Shown one piece after another: positions 1 through 12,602 of a DNA stretch of 38,393 nt; within the stretch, counting starts at the first letter, position 1, and every line of letters begins with the position of its first letter. The notes under the pieces are model-generated. The model searched no databases. It saw nothing but the letters and a program-made list of their open reading frames with translations, and was not told the DNA's origin. Made by a program: the position numbers and the translations under genes. The stretch comes from Fonticula alba ATCC 38817 (lineage: Eukaryota; Protista; Nucleariida), in assembly GCA_000388065.2 (NCBI GenBank), contig KB932209.1; one strand, written 5' to 3'.

Positions 1-485
1 GTCCTGGGGTTTGTTGATGTCTAGTTTGGGTAAACTTGACGAGGACACATACTATAGAAATGATCCCTAGAGTACGGTCGACTAAAGAAATATCCCCTGG
101 AACGGCAGCGCCGGCGGGCCCCCAAAGGCCACGTCCATGATCCGCCGGAGGCGAATTCAAACTTGCGCCCTCTGAAGAGCACCCAACCCCCGGGACTCGG
201 CCCGAGCGGCCCTGGGCGCGATCGATCGCCCAAACCGCCGCCAAGGACCGGCCACAATCAGCCGATCGGCCTGCGGCCCGGAAAGGCGGCCAGCACAACA
301 GGCCAAGCCTTGTGTTGTTCCCCGCCTCCGCCAGCCCCCCCCCCCTCCCCGCTCCCCGCTCCCTGCTCTCCGCCATCGCCCTTCATTGTCTTTCTGTCGG
401 TGGGTCCCTACCCCCGGGCGGGGCCCTGTGGTTGTCAATGCGTCTTTGTCTATTTTTTTGGCTCCACCAAGCGGACGCATCGTTG

Positions 486-2648
486 TCACCGGTCATCAGC
501 GGCCCCATCGCTGTCCGATTCGATGTCGGGCCCCGGGTCGGACTCGGCCCCAAGGTCGCCAGCGGCATCGGCTCCGACCCCGGCCCTGGTCCCAGGGCCG
601 GTGTCATCCGGGCTCGACCACAGAGCCCCACCGCGCGCAGCCCCTTCTTCCCCGACCTCGTCGTCCTCATCTAGGTAGTAGGAGAAGATGGCATCCTCGT
701 CCTCCTCGCCTGAGAGCCCATCCAGCATGGTCGGTGTCAATGCCGGCGCCAGGGTCCCGCCCTGTGTCCGATGCATGGAGTCACCGAGATGCTGCTGTGA
801 TGGCGGCTGAATGCCGAAGGCCAGGCAGGAGGATGCGTGAAGACGATGCTGATCATCCGCCGACCCGGCATCCGTGTAGTAGAACTCGTCTACCAGGTCG
901 CCCAGGTTAAGGAAGTTCAGAATGCTGATGGCTGTTGGCCGGCGAGGAGGAACGGGCGCGTGAGTCAACTTGCAAAGATGGGCCCCCAGCAGGAGCGAGG
1001 GCGAGGGCAGAGAAGGAGAGCAGGAAGAAAAAAAAACCCCAACTCCATGCACAGACACACACACACACACATGAAGAAAAGGAAAAAGAAAGCGCACCGG
1101 CCTCACAGTGATCCTGGTCCGGGTCGTCGGGGAAGTTTGTATGGAGTGTTGTTGACACGCCAGGTGTCAGGCCAGCCCCAAAGCCGAAAGCGCCACGCGA
1201 GCGCTCCACAATTCCCAGCGACCGGGCCGATGCCTCCATGATCAGGATCACCTCGATGGCATCACCGATGGTGACTTCGGCGCGACGCATGAGGCGCGCA
1301 TGCGCCTCCGACAGACGGATCAGACTCTCCAGCAGGCGAAGGGTCGTGCGCTGAGCGGGCGCTCCGCCACCGCCGCCGCCGCCGCCGGCCCCGGTGTTGT
1401 TGCCGGAATGCGAACGCTGCGCCTGGTAGTACGCCCCAAGAACCCGCGCAGCCGGTGGCGTCAGCGACGGGAAGAGCGACGTTCGCACATGGCTGAAGTA
1501 GGCCCTGAGAGTGGTCAATGGCCAGGCCTCCGGCTCGGCCCCAGCCTCGGGGGAGGCCAAGCCCGGTGCCGCGGCCGAGGAGCAATTCCTCAAAATGAAC
1601 CCCGACACCGTCCTGTGGATGGGAAAAGCACACGGAAATGGCATGCTCACCGGTCAGGAGAAAAAAAAAGAGCAAGCAGGAGCAAAGAAGGGAAGGCGGC
1701 AAGACATGGAACGCACTCATCCCACACCTGCTCGCCACGATCACACAGGACCATCACCAAATCAAAGCGACTGATCAGCGGACTGGCGATGGCCGTGTTC
1801 ATCTCCACCGACAGGCTGGGGTCGTACTTGCCTTTGGGGTTTGTGGCTGCCAGGATGGCGCAGCGCGCGCGCAATCGACACACCATCCCGGCCTTGGCAA
1901 CGGACAGGGTCTGCTGCTCCATGGCTTCGTGAATGGCAGCCCGGTCATGCGTGCGCACCGAGCCAAACTCGTCGATGCAACACAGACCGCCGTCTGCCAA
2001 GACCAGGGCGCCAGCCTCCAGAGACCAGCCGCCTCCCTCCTACGAGTGTTGGCCGGGGGGGGGGGGGGGGGGGGAGAAAAGGACGAGGCCGAAAGGAGAG
2101 GGCAATGCTTAGTAGGGCGTTCAAGCAGCATCAGGAAGACGAGGGAGAGAGAGAGGAAGCAAGAAGACAAAGGGCCGGGATCGGTGCAGGGGGATTTCGT
2201 TTCGGTCGCCCGGACGCACTCGCACGGCGGAAACCGTCAAACCGGCGGTAGTGGTTCCGACACCGGTGGTCATCACACTGCGCGGGGACATCTTTGCTGC
2301 GAATTTGAGAAACTGGGATTTCCCGGTGCCCGGGTCACCAATCAACAGAAGATGCGAATGTCCACGCAGACGTGTGCCCCCCATGGCCGCCGAATCGGCG
2401 CTGAAGGGATCAGCACCGTCGGTCATGCGGCCGTCCTCCCCGCCCCCGGGGGCTGGGGCCCAGCCATGCGTATGGGGAAGATTGGGGTCCGCCGCGCCGG
2501 GAACAATGGACCCACCGGGGCCCTGGGCCACGCGGGCCACGCCGCCAATCAGGCACAAAGCTACCGACAGCTTGACATAGTACAAGCCAAAGGTTTGCGG
2601 GCAGATGGCCGAAATGATCATATTCCGGCCTTATGGGAACCATATGCA

Positions 2649-2684
<36 letters not shown>

Positions 2685-4424
2685 GAGTGAGAAGGGGGGC
2701 GGCAGAGGGATCAGAGTGAGGGGCGCCCCAGAGTGAACATGCCGACAGGCATGGGCCATACCTGCAAGCGGCTTCGCCGCAAACTGTTCCCAGTGCCTGC
2801 GAAAGAGATTGGCCTGAATGGGAGTCATGCTCCAGCCAAGTGACTGCTGCTTGTTGCTGACCTCAATGTGAATGGCTGGTGTCGGGTGAGTGTGCATGCC
2901 GCGCGACATGGCGGCAGCCAAACAAAAAGGAACATACCTCGGATGAATAGCTCGATGGTGCACCGGGAGTCCGGGGACACCGGCCGCCAGCGGCGCATCA
3001 CAATGCCGCTGTTCGATTTGAGGGAGGGGAGGGGGGGGGTATAAGAAGCTTGCAGGGTGGGCTGCGGGGAAGAGAGAGAGAGAGAGACAGAAAGAGGGAA
3101 GGAAGCAAAGGGGGAAAGGGACAGGAGGCAGAGGGGTCCCACAGTGGGACGCACGTAATGACCACATCATCGCCGGCCTGGCATGAGTCCACCAAGGAGT
3201 CTTCCACGATGACGGTGATCGAGCGCGGGATGGCCCCAATGGCGCTGGTCGCACGGCGACCGGCCTGCTCCTGCACGCGAAGCTCCTGGATATCACGACA
3301 CCACTCGCCGGCCGGCATGTCGCCCTGCCCGCCGGCGCCAAACCCGCCCGTAGGGCCGAAATCGCCGGAATCCTCGCCGGCCGAGACAATATTAAACTTG
3401 TTCCCCGGGCAGCCGCCCTCGGCGTCGGCCAAACCCCCGCCAGCGGCCAGGCACTTGACCGGGCGCGAGATGGCAAAGTACTGGGTGATGTCGGCCTCAA
3501 CCATGAAGCGCCCATGGCACTGGGCGCACTCGAATTCCCGCTGTGTAATGAGCAGCTGGGGGGCACCGGTCTTCACAACGGTGGCTGGGAGCCCGAATGG
3601 GCCAAGGCAAGGTGTGGGGGCCGCGGGAGAGTCAGGACCCGAGGGCGCATACAGAGCCACCAGGAGCAGGGCACCCAAGCAAGGATGCACGTGCGACAGA
3701 GACGAACCATCGATCGCCAGCAACCGGTGAATGTCGTCCGTCCGGGGGATGGAGTCGCGCCGGAGCTCCGGAAACAGATGGACATTCTTCAGCCGGAGCA
3801 TAATGTTCGACTTGACAGACAATCGTCGACGATTGGACGAGAGAGAGGCCAAACTTTCGGGGTCCAGGAGATCCAGGTCCCCGGAGATCTCCGAGGCTGC
3901 GGGATCCGGAAAGGCCGCCGGGTCATCGGCCGATGGCTTTTGCACTCGCGTCTGCGCCACCACCAGCGCCCGAGAGGAGATGGGGAAAATCTGCAGAGGA
4001 TAGTTCACCAACAATGAGGCCAAATTGGCCTGGTAATCAAGGATATCCCGGAGGCTGTCCAAGTCGGACCGATCGTCAGAGGCACCGAAAGGGCGAGAGA
4101 GAGAGAGAGGGCATGGAGGGCAAGAAGGAAGCACGGAGGGGGGGGGGGGCGGAGCAGAAACATACTCCACCAGCAGTGAGTAGTGCTGCGAGGGGTCCGG
4201 CTCGGAGAGAATCCGCAAGATGTCATGGTGGTAGCGGTCGACGAAGAAGCTGGAAAAGGAGTCTAAGGAGCGGCGCGCACGTCAGGAAGGGCAGGCGCAA
4301 GGGAGAGGAAAGCGCCTACGGCAGGCATGCGCATGCACAGGCCCGAGGGAGTACCAATCAAGGGGGCCGTATCTGCGCCGCCTGGCGGGCAGAACGGATT
4401 GACGAATGAGAGGGACTCTCTCAT
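486..4424 (-). CDS. MCM9: MCM9 DNA helicase (multi-exon, about 10 exons)
   Basis: ATG at 4424. Exon 1 (4424-4355) splices in phase 1 to 4262, giving [23 protein letters not shown]. Zn finger CAQC..C..C; [22 protein letters not shown]; ICPQTFG; [21 protein letters not shown] (Walker A); [18 protein letters not shown] (Walker B); SRFDL (Arg finger); [19 protein letters not shown]. These match MCM9 rather than MCM2-8. Last exon 931-486 ends in TGA after an acidic tail. Confidence 0.95.
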
Positions 4425-5677
4425 CGGACACGCCTTCACGTGCGCGTCGGGTGGATCGGTGGCGAGGGAAAGCGAGGAGAGGGAAACAAAGGACCGAGCA
4501 GAGCATGTATGTGGGTGACTTCTCCTCCCCGCAAAGGAGCGACCGGCAGGCAGGTGCCCCTTCACTCGGTCGATTTTCCGGGCATGTCTCCTCCTCACTG
4601 GGGGATTGGGCTGGCCGATCTAATGGTGCCCTCCCTCAGCAGGGGGTGGGGCAATCGGACTGATCGGCGGGCTGCCTGTCTACACCCAACGGACGACCCT
4701 GGGTGGCGCCATCCCGTTCTTCGGGAGCACGCAAATGGCGTTATGGCCAGAATGCCTGGGTCCACTGGCAGAACCGCTGACAACCACAGGGCGTTCGCCA
4801 CACATGTTCCCCCTCCCCCCCCCCCCGCCGTTCCCCGCGCCCGGTTCTTGGCCTCCGGCTGGGCACACGCGCGTATCTCGCCTTGTCCCCCTCCGACCAG
4901 AGAGTGCCAGGGGAGAGGGGGGACTTGAAACCGCGGCGCCCCGCCAGTTCATGAGGCTCCTCCCCCGCGTGTGCATCGTGGTCTGCCCAGTGGGTGTCCC
5001 TGCTGGTGGGGTTGAACGGCTGGCAGTACTCCCCCCCCCCCCCCCGGGCCCCAGCCCCTCGGGCCCCATCGCCTTGGGCGTGCGTGGCTCGAACCTTCCC
5101 CGCTTGCGGCTGGCCGATACACCCATACATGGTCCCGCCAGAGAGCGGCCGGGCAAGGGACCGGGTGGCAGGCCCCGGGCCGCCGGGAGGGGGCGGCTGT
5201 CGCTTGCAACCTTCCCATTTCCCCGCTGGTTCGGAACAGCACGCGTGCGGCGCGCTTTTCCCTTTCTCGCGTGTCCTCTGAAGACGGTGCCTGATGTCAC
5301 TCCCCGGGGCTCGGGCTCGCGGCCACCCCCTCCCCCCCAACACCTCTTGTCGATTGTACCTCCTGCTCGCCCCCTCCCTTTTGCCCATCTTGCTGTGCCC
5401 ACCTGCCTGCCGGCCTGCCTGCTCGCCTCTTCGTCCGCCCGCCCGCCCGTCCGCGCTCCTGCTTTGCTCTGCTCGAGCTCGCTCCCTACTCCTTCTTGAT
5501 GCCGCAAGTTGCTGGCGGTCCTCTCCTCCGCCAGTCAACCGCATCCACAACACCCCCTTCCCCCTATGCAGTCGCACTCACCGCCTTTTTCTCGCTATCT
5601 GCCTGCTGGTCCGCGCCCCCCCCCCCCCCCCCCCTTGGCCAAACTACGTGTCCTAGCTCGTCGCTGATCTTGGGACC

Positions 5678-5687
5678 NNNNNNNNNN
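5678..5687. other. Assembly gap flanked by an exact 36-bp direct duplication
   Basis: 5642-5677 is identical to 5688-5723 around 10 N. Confidence 0.95.
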
Positions 5688-5735
5688 AACTACGTGTCCT
5701 AGCTCGTCGCTGATCTTGGGACCAGTACCACCACC

Positions 5736-6560
5736 ATGATCTCTCTGGTACCGTCCCTTCTCGTCTCTCTCCCCCTCTCCCTTGTCACCTCCCCGTCATT
5801 CTCTGAACTTGATCCTTATGCTTTCCGTGGCTCCTTTTGCTGACCCTTTGTCTGTGCATACACACAGAACAAGTACGCCCTCGCCTTCGGCCTCGGTATC
5901 ACCAGCCTTCTCGGCCTCGGCCTCTGGTTTGATCACTACCGCCGCAACAACAAGGAGTTCCGCAAGAACCTTCGTGCGTCGCCCACCATCTTCTCCCATG
6001 GCCCTCCCTTCGCTCCACCCACTCATACTGACCTCCCCTGCTTGCCGCTCCCCGCACCCCTTGTGGCCATTGCCCCTCTGCTGCAGGCCGCATCGAGTAC
6101 CGCGAGGCCAAGATCCAGGAGAAGCGCGCCAGTGCTGAGATCTACAAGCACGTCGCCAAGGAGATCCCCACCGACCAGGCTGAGCGTCGTGAGTTCATGC
6201 TCGAGCAGGTCAACCTTGGTGATAAGTTCCTCAACGAGGGTACGCGTCAACGCGCGGAATGCTGCTTCTGGCGCCGCATCCTGTCCCTGTGCCATGCCCA
6301 TCCTGACCGCTCCGCCTCTTCATGCGCCTCTCTCTCTCTCTCCCTCCCTCCCCCTCTCTCGCCCGCACACGCATACGCCCGCGTGCCCACACGACCCAGG
6401 CCCCAGCGGCTATTCCATTGCCGCGGCTCACTTCTACAACGCCCTGCGCTCCAACGACCAGCCCGACCAGATGCTCTCCTACATGCAGCAGATCGTCCCC
6501 CCTGAGTGCATGCAGATGATCATCAAGCTTGTTCAGATGGACTTCGCTCGCAAGAACTAA
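5736..6560 (+). CDS. TOM20: Mitochondrial import receptor Tom20 (4 exons, 143 aa)
   Basis: Exons 5736-5747, 5868-5973, 6087-6239 and 6400-6560 splice in frame with GT-AG ends. N-terminal TM anchor followed by WFDHYRRNNKEFRKNL, FMLEQVNLGDKFL, AAAHFYNAL..QPDQMLSYMQQIVPP (opisthokont Tom20/MAS20 pattern). Confidence 0.92.
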
Positions 6561-7059
6561 GGGCCACGGCGCCGAGTGTGTTGCGTACGAGTATGTGCCT
6601 ATGTGTACGCCCCCTCACGTACGCACGCGCACACACGCACATGCGTGTATGTGCTTGCCTTTCCCGTGTGAGAATGCCCCCCTCCCCCCCCTCTCGCACC
6701 CTGTCCCCCTGCTCCACCCCCCTCCCTTCTCCCTTGCCTCGGCCTCCGTCTTAGAGAGCGCGCTCTACCTGCGGCTGGGCGGCGCCTGTTGAAGCACGCG
6801 CCTGGCCGCGGCTGCCCGCTCATCCGCCCGCCCGCATCGAGCGCAGAGCAGACCCCTGTCCTTCATACCGCCTTCCCAATAAGAAAAATCCATATTCAAA
6901 CATATCCCAACTGTGCGCTGCCCGTGTGCGTGTGTGTGTGTGTGTGTGTGCCATGCTCAGGGGGCAGAGGAAAAGCAGGGGGAAAGGCGCGGGGTCGTGT
7001 GTGCCGAGCCGAGGTGCCACCAGATAGCTGTGATCATGCCTGGGCGCCAAGGATCTCCC

Positions 7060-7097
<38 letters not shown>

Positions 7098-7380
7098 TCT
7101 CCCTTTCTCCCTCTCTCGCTCTTGGCCCCCCCGCTGTCTTGCACAAGCAACTGTCAAACAAACTCGCGCATCGCCATATATTTTTTCCGGACACGCATGG
7201 ATACGCCAAAGAGGAGGCAGCAGATGGACGCGGGGAGGCGGAGAACGCCATGCTTCCCGGTCCAATGTGCAAGGCGAGAACATAAGAGGAGGAGCCCCTC
7301 GCCCGGTGGCCTGCCATTCTGCACGCTGACACTCTTGCTGGGGGGGGGGGAGGCACATTTCCCCGGCTCAGGCACATCTT

Positions 7381-8969
7381 TTACTCGGCCTTCTGGGCGA
7401 TCTCATGCAGGTAGGCAGCCATGACCTTGATGCCGGACAGGTAGTTGACCTTGTCGAGCTTCTCGTCGGTGGAGTGGGCGTTGTCGTCGCAGGCACCCAT
7501 CGGCAGGAGCAGGACGCTGGCCTCCGGCAGGGCGGTCTGGAACCACAGGGTCACCGGGATGGAGCCACCCTCGCGAGTGAGGTCCGGCTTGATGCCATCA
7601 TGCACATGGGCGATGGCACGGGCAGCGGCACGGAAGTTGTAGTCCTCCGGGTTGGCGTACCACCAGGGGCCGCTGCTGACCAGGGAGGCCTTGACCTCGC
7701 AGCGGGTGCCGAGGGTCTTGGCCTTGGCATGGACGAAGTCGATGGCGCACTTGTTGACATGCTCGATGTCCATGTCGGGCACGGTGCGGATGGAGAACTT
7801 GCCGATAACCTTGGCCGGGATGACGGTCTTGGCACCGACACCATAGAAGGCACCCTCGATGCCGTGGAGGCTGAGGGAAGGGTTGCGCCAGCGAGCCATC
7901 AGGGTCTTGGCCTTGGCCTCCTCCAGGCCGAGGTCCTTCTCGTCGAAGACGACGCAGGTGCCATCGAAGGAGGCACGGAAGTCGTCCATGGAGAAGTCGA
8001 TGTTCTTGTAGTTGGCCAGCTCCTCCGGGGTGACGGGGGCAACCTTGTCGTAGACACCGTCGATGAGGATCTTGCCGTTGGTGTCAACGAGACCGGCCAT
8101 CAGCTGGGTCAGGGCGGTCATCGGCTCGTGCACAGCACCGCCGTAGACACCGGAGTGCAGGTCGCGCCCGGGGCCGGAGACCTCGATCTGGAAGTAAGAC
8201 ACACCGCGCAGGCCGTGGGTGATGCAGGGCTTGGTCTTGCCGAGCCAGTCTACATCACGCGGGAGGGTGGGTGGGTGGGTTGGGGAGGGGGGGGGGGGGC
8301 AGGTGCGCGCCGGAGTGAGTATGCCTGCGGGCGGGCACATGGACGGGGGGCGCATCTGTGGGAGTGTGTGTGGCATGTATGGATGGCTGTGTGCGGGAGA
8401 GTGGGACCGGGGGTGCACACGTACAGTTGTCGGAAATGCAGACGGTGTCAACGCCCTTGAGGAAGCCGTTGTGCTCCTTGGCGATCCACTCCTCGAGACC
8501 CTCGGAGCCGGACTCTGCGCACGCGGCGTGGACGACCACCGCGGGGCATGATGAATGATGTGAGCATGACAGCAGGAGGAATTGAAAAAAAAAAGGTAAA
8601 GAGGCGGGAAGAGGAGAAGAACGCACCCTCCATGCCCTCGAAGATGATGCGCAGGTTGACGGGGAGCTCCTTGCCAAGGGCGCGGTAAGCCTCGATCACC
8701 CAGATCCAGCCAAGGAGGGGACCTGGGCCATGGCGAATGAGGCGGTTAGCATGGGGGCGATTTGCCTTGGCATTTGCAGGGACAAAGAAAGCCAGGATGA
8801 TGGGCAGCATCCGAACTGACGTACCCTTGTCGTCGGTGGTGCCACGGCCAACCATGCGGCCATCCTCGTGGACAACCATCTTGAAGGGGTCCGAGGACCA
8901 GCCGTCCTCGAGCTGGGCGGGCTGGACATCATAGTGACCTGATGGATGTAGGCACACGCACATACACAT

Positions 8970-9000
<31 letters not shown>

Positions 9001-9420
9001 AGGCACATGCGGTGAGTCACGCAAATGAGGCACAGGTGCGCGATGGCATGCTCCCTCTTCGTGGGTATCTCCCTGCCCCGGACGGGGCAAAGATCGGGAC
9101 GCACCGTAAAGAGCCAGGGTGCGCTTGTTGGGGTCGTTGCCGAAGACGGCGAGGACCAGGGGCGGCAGCTCGAGCATCTTCTTGTCACCGACGGTGCCCT
9201 GGCCCTCGGTGCCAGGCTGCGGGCCCAGGGGGGCCAGGGTGACGGAGTCAGCGCCGGCCTTCTCCATGCGGGCCTTCAACCAGTTGGCCATGCGGAAGAG
9301 CTCCGGGCGGTGGTCAGGGGAGCCGGAGATGGAGGCGATGGCCACGGCCTCGCCGAGGAGGCCGATGTGCTCCTCAGCCTTGGTGTTCAGGTGGTCGAAG
9401 ATCTGGTGCAGGTCGGTCAT
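7381..9420 (-). CDS. CNDP2: Cytosolic non-specific dipeptidase / Cys-Gly metallodipeptidase (M20A family, CNDP2/Dug1)
   Basis: ATG at 9420, TAA at 7383-7381. Spliced motifs [71 protein letters not shown]; metal ligands intact. Strong C/G-ending codon bias. Confidence 0.96.
8970..9000 (+). repeat. (GCGCGG)5 hexamer repeat in a CNDP2 intron
   Basis: gcgcgggcgcgggcgcgggcgcgggcgcggg read directly. Confidence 0.95.
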
Positions 9421-9910
9421 CTTTTGGGGCAGGAGAGGAGAGGGGGTTGGGCGGGGCACGGCGATGTGTGGATGTGTGAGTATCGAGTGAGGAGGGAGGG
9501 AGGCGGGCGGGAAAAGGATGCGATCGTGAGACGGAGGCAGGGGAGGGGTACTTTGATGGGGCGGGGGGATTTCGCTCTTTCTGGGTGGGCAGGGGCTTGG
9601 GCAGAAGAGAGATGTCCAAGGCGGTGAACGCCGGGGGGGCTGTGGTCGGGGCCTGAAAAATGCCTTCCAGCGAGCGCCGGCGCCCACGCAAACATCCCTC
9701 CCTGCCCGCACCGGTGTGCGGCTCGGAGGAAACGGCCCCCCCCCCCCCCCGGTGAGAGAGCTCCGAGGGGTGTAAACATGTGGGCAAAAACGTTCACGAC
9801 TGCCGGGGGATTTCCACACCTATAGAGTCCCCCTCACCCCCCCTCCGCTCGCCCCCTGCTGGTGCGATCAGACGCCCTACGCCCCGACACGCACGCACGC
9901 ACGCATGCTC

Positions 9911-9985
9911 ACACACACACAGGCACACAGGCACACAGGCACACAGGCACACAGAGGCACACAGAGGCACAGACGCCCACACAGA
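9911..9985 (+). repeat. Degenerate (ACACAGGC)n minisatellite upstream of CNDP2
   Basis: acacaggcacacaggcacacaggcacacaggcacacagaggcacacagaggcac read directly. Confidence 0.9.
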
Positions 9986-10745
9986 CATGTAAATAATGCA
10001 CCGCAGCCGGGCGAGAGCCCTGGGCCCATTGATGGCTCTGGAGAATCCCCAGGCCTGGCCGGGTTTGGGCCCGCCTTTGAGTAGTCACTACCCCCGGGGC
10101 TTGGCTGGCCCGGCCCCCTTTAGGGTGGATGCGCGAGCGCCGGCACGAGGCAAGTGGGAAAAAAAAAAAACACACCTATCCACCCACATGCACCCCCGAT
10201 GCTCACCCCTGCTGGTATCGGGCGAATGCGCATCCGTCCCGCCGGCCAGAATGGTCTGCCGGGCCCAAACATGCACTCAACAGCGATCCCCGCCGGCGCA
10301 GCTGGGGGGATGCCGGGGGATCAAGCCACGCCCTGGCGGCAGTGCATAGTACACGCCCCCAGGAAAGGACCGGGTACTGCACCGGCGTTTGCCCCCCCCC
10401 CCGGTGTTCCCTCGCCGCCAGTGTGCTTCTGACCCCCCTCCCCCCCAGAGTCGCGCCCCTCGTCAGACTACAAAGAGGGTGGGGGTCTCAGGCGCCTAAA
10501 ATCCCGGATTAAAAGCCGAGCGTCATCATATGATACACAGTGGTCACAGGCCACACACAAATCACCCCCCGATCGTCTCTGGGCCAAAGGACACCAGCCC
10601 CCAGTGGGGGGCGGTGGGACAGCGCAGCGACAAGCGCCCAGTGTGCCCCCCTCTCCATCTCTCGCGCCTCTCTCGCCCCTCTCTTGCCCCTCTCTTGCCC
10701 CTCTCTTGCCCCTCCCTTGCCCCTCCCTCGTCTCTCGTTTGCGCC

Positions 10746-11552
10746 ATGTCCGCCCCCGCGCCCTCCTCGGTGGGCGCCCCCGCTGCCTCCTCGCGGACAA
10801 TCTACCCATCGCCCTTGGCATACAATCTGCGTCGTGTCCGGCACTTGTGCGATCTCCCGGCGCCCTCTCGACCCACTGCTCCGCCCCGCTCCGGTCTGTG
10901 TTTCTCTAACATCGGCGCACCGTGTTTCCCTCCATCAGGCGGACAATTACATCGGCCGGGGCCGGGGCTGTCGCCGGCCTGCTCGGTCTGACCGGGCTCT
11001 GGGGGCTGGCATTGCTGTTCGCCGCCAGCCTGGCCATGTCCCTGACGATTCGCATTCAAACCGGCACCACGGCCATGACCCTGGGGTCGGACTTCCGCGC
11101 GGTGGCCGGGTCCCCGGCAGCCGCCAACTCCCATGGGTCATCACAACTGTCCCTCTATGAGGCCGTGGCCTCCGGATCACTGGCCTTCTTTCTCAAGCGC
11201 CGCGACGCGCACATCCTCGCCGCGGATGCGGTGAACACCCTCATCGTGCGCACGATCCCCACCCGGGTGTCTTTGACCGTCTGGCTGGCCGTGCCTAGGT
11301 GTTCGCCGCTAACTCGTCTTCAATCTGGCTGCCTTTCTGCGTTCTGCCCCCCCCCCCCCCTCCCCCCTTCTTCGGACCGTGCCTTGCAGACATTCATCCT
11401 CTTCTGGACGTGCGTTGCCTGCTCCTGCTCGGTCCCTCCTCAGGAACAGGTCGGCCCTCACTCGCCCCTTGCCAAATGTGCTCTAACTCGCCTCCCCGCC
11501 GGGGATCCGCACACTGCGCAGCATCACCTACGCCCTGGTTCACATCTATTGA
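10746..11552 (+). CDS. EMC6: ER membrane protein complex subunit 6 (4 exons, about 152 aa)
   Basis: Exons 10746-10846, 10939-11245, 11390-11409 and 11522-11552 splice in frame. RTITSAGAGAVAGLLGLTGLWG and the C-terminus TFILFWTITYALVHIY* match EMC6 (human [22 protein letters not shown] ... TYVLFWTFLYGMVHVY*). Confidence 0.93.
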
Positions 11553-12301
11553 TCTCCAGCCGACCCTGCTCTGTTCTGTGCCGGCCCGACCGTGGGCTTT
11601 TTCACGATCTTCCGGACGATCTCCAGAAGCAGATTCACATATACAGATTCCGAATAAACAGAAACACATCAAATTCAGCACCGCCAGCGGAAATTCCGCC
11701 CCCCAAACAATTGTGTCGACAAATTCCCTCGCCCGCCCCCCCACCCCCCTCCCCCGCCCCGTGCCGCGCCCCGCGTCCGGCCCCTCCATTGTCAACTCTG
11801 GGACTTCTCTCGACCTGGAAGCCCTGTGCAGTGGCGGCAGCACTGGTGGCGACAACCGGCCCCCGGCAGGCACATTTCTCCCTCCCACCCTGGCTGTTCT
11901 CTCAGGGGGGGCACAAGGATGGGGTATGCACAGGGGGACTTCCGTCCCAGGGGGTCTCGATGCTCTGGTCCCCCTGCCCGCCTGCCCGCCAGCCCCGACC
12001 AGGACTGGCATCTCGCTTTCTTCCCCGTCGCGCTGCCCGCCGGGGGCAAGATCCAGCGGAGGATGACGGTCGAGCCCCCCCCCCCCGCCCCCCCCTCCAG
12101 CCCCCGTCCGAACCGATTGGGTCCATCCGGCGAAGTGTGCCCCCTCCCCCCGCTGTCTTCCCCACCGATTCCATTTTTCGGCCCCCCCTGCATTGGCGTC
12201 CTCTCCGAGCCGGGGAGGAGCTCCATACCAACCTCCCCGCCCTCCCCCTTGCCACCATTACGCGCTGCCCATCTCCTCCTTCCCCTCCCCCCCCTCCCCC
12301 C

Positions 12302-12496
12302 NNNNNNNNNNNNNNNNNNNNNNNNNNNNNNNNNNNNNNNNNNNNNNNNNNNNNNNNNNNNNNNNNNNNNNNNNNNNNNNNNNNNNNNNNNNNNNNNNNN
12401 NNNNNNNNNNNNNNNNNNNNNNNNNNNNNNNNNNNNNNNNNNNNNNNNNNNNNNNNNNNNNNNNNNNNNNNNNNNNNNNNNNNNNNNNNNNNNNNN
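12302..12496. other. Assembly gap
   Basis: N run flanked by poly-C. Confidence 1.
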
Positions 12497-12602
12497 CCCC
12501 CCCCCCTCCTCCCCCCGGTTGCGCCCTGGTTCACGCCCACACGCCCCGGCGTTCCATTGGTAAGAAGGCGGGCAGTCCCCGCCCGGCACGCCAACCGCAA
12601 CC

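Noticed and set aside
907-968. Early MCM9 stop at 907 using the acceptor at 969-970
   Set aside because: The downstream acceptor at 932-933 gives [13 protein letters not shown], matching the MCM9 helix after the AAA+ domain, so it is preferred.
4680-5577. 250-280 aa ORFs on both strands between MCM9 and TOM20
   Set aside because: Pro/Arg/Gly-rich products typical of non-coding high-GC DNA, with no codon bias or motifs.
5642-5723. Exact 36-bp direct repeat resembling a CRISPR repeat or target-site duplication
   Set aside because: Only two copies, separated by a 10-N gap; typical of unmerged overlapping contig ends.
7405-8460. 351-aa ORF antisense to CNDP2 (likewise 9025-9627 and the antisense ORFs over MCM9, HDAC and POLE)
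   Set aside because: Stop-free antisense frames are expected with strong C/G third-position bias; the start is non-ATG and there are no recognisable motifs.
10460-10532. Possible C/D-box snoRNA on the minus strand (ATGATGA ... CTGA ... CTGA)
   Set aside because: No terminal stem and no rRNA-complementary guide that I can identify; an Infernal/snoscan hit would be needed.
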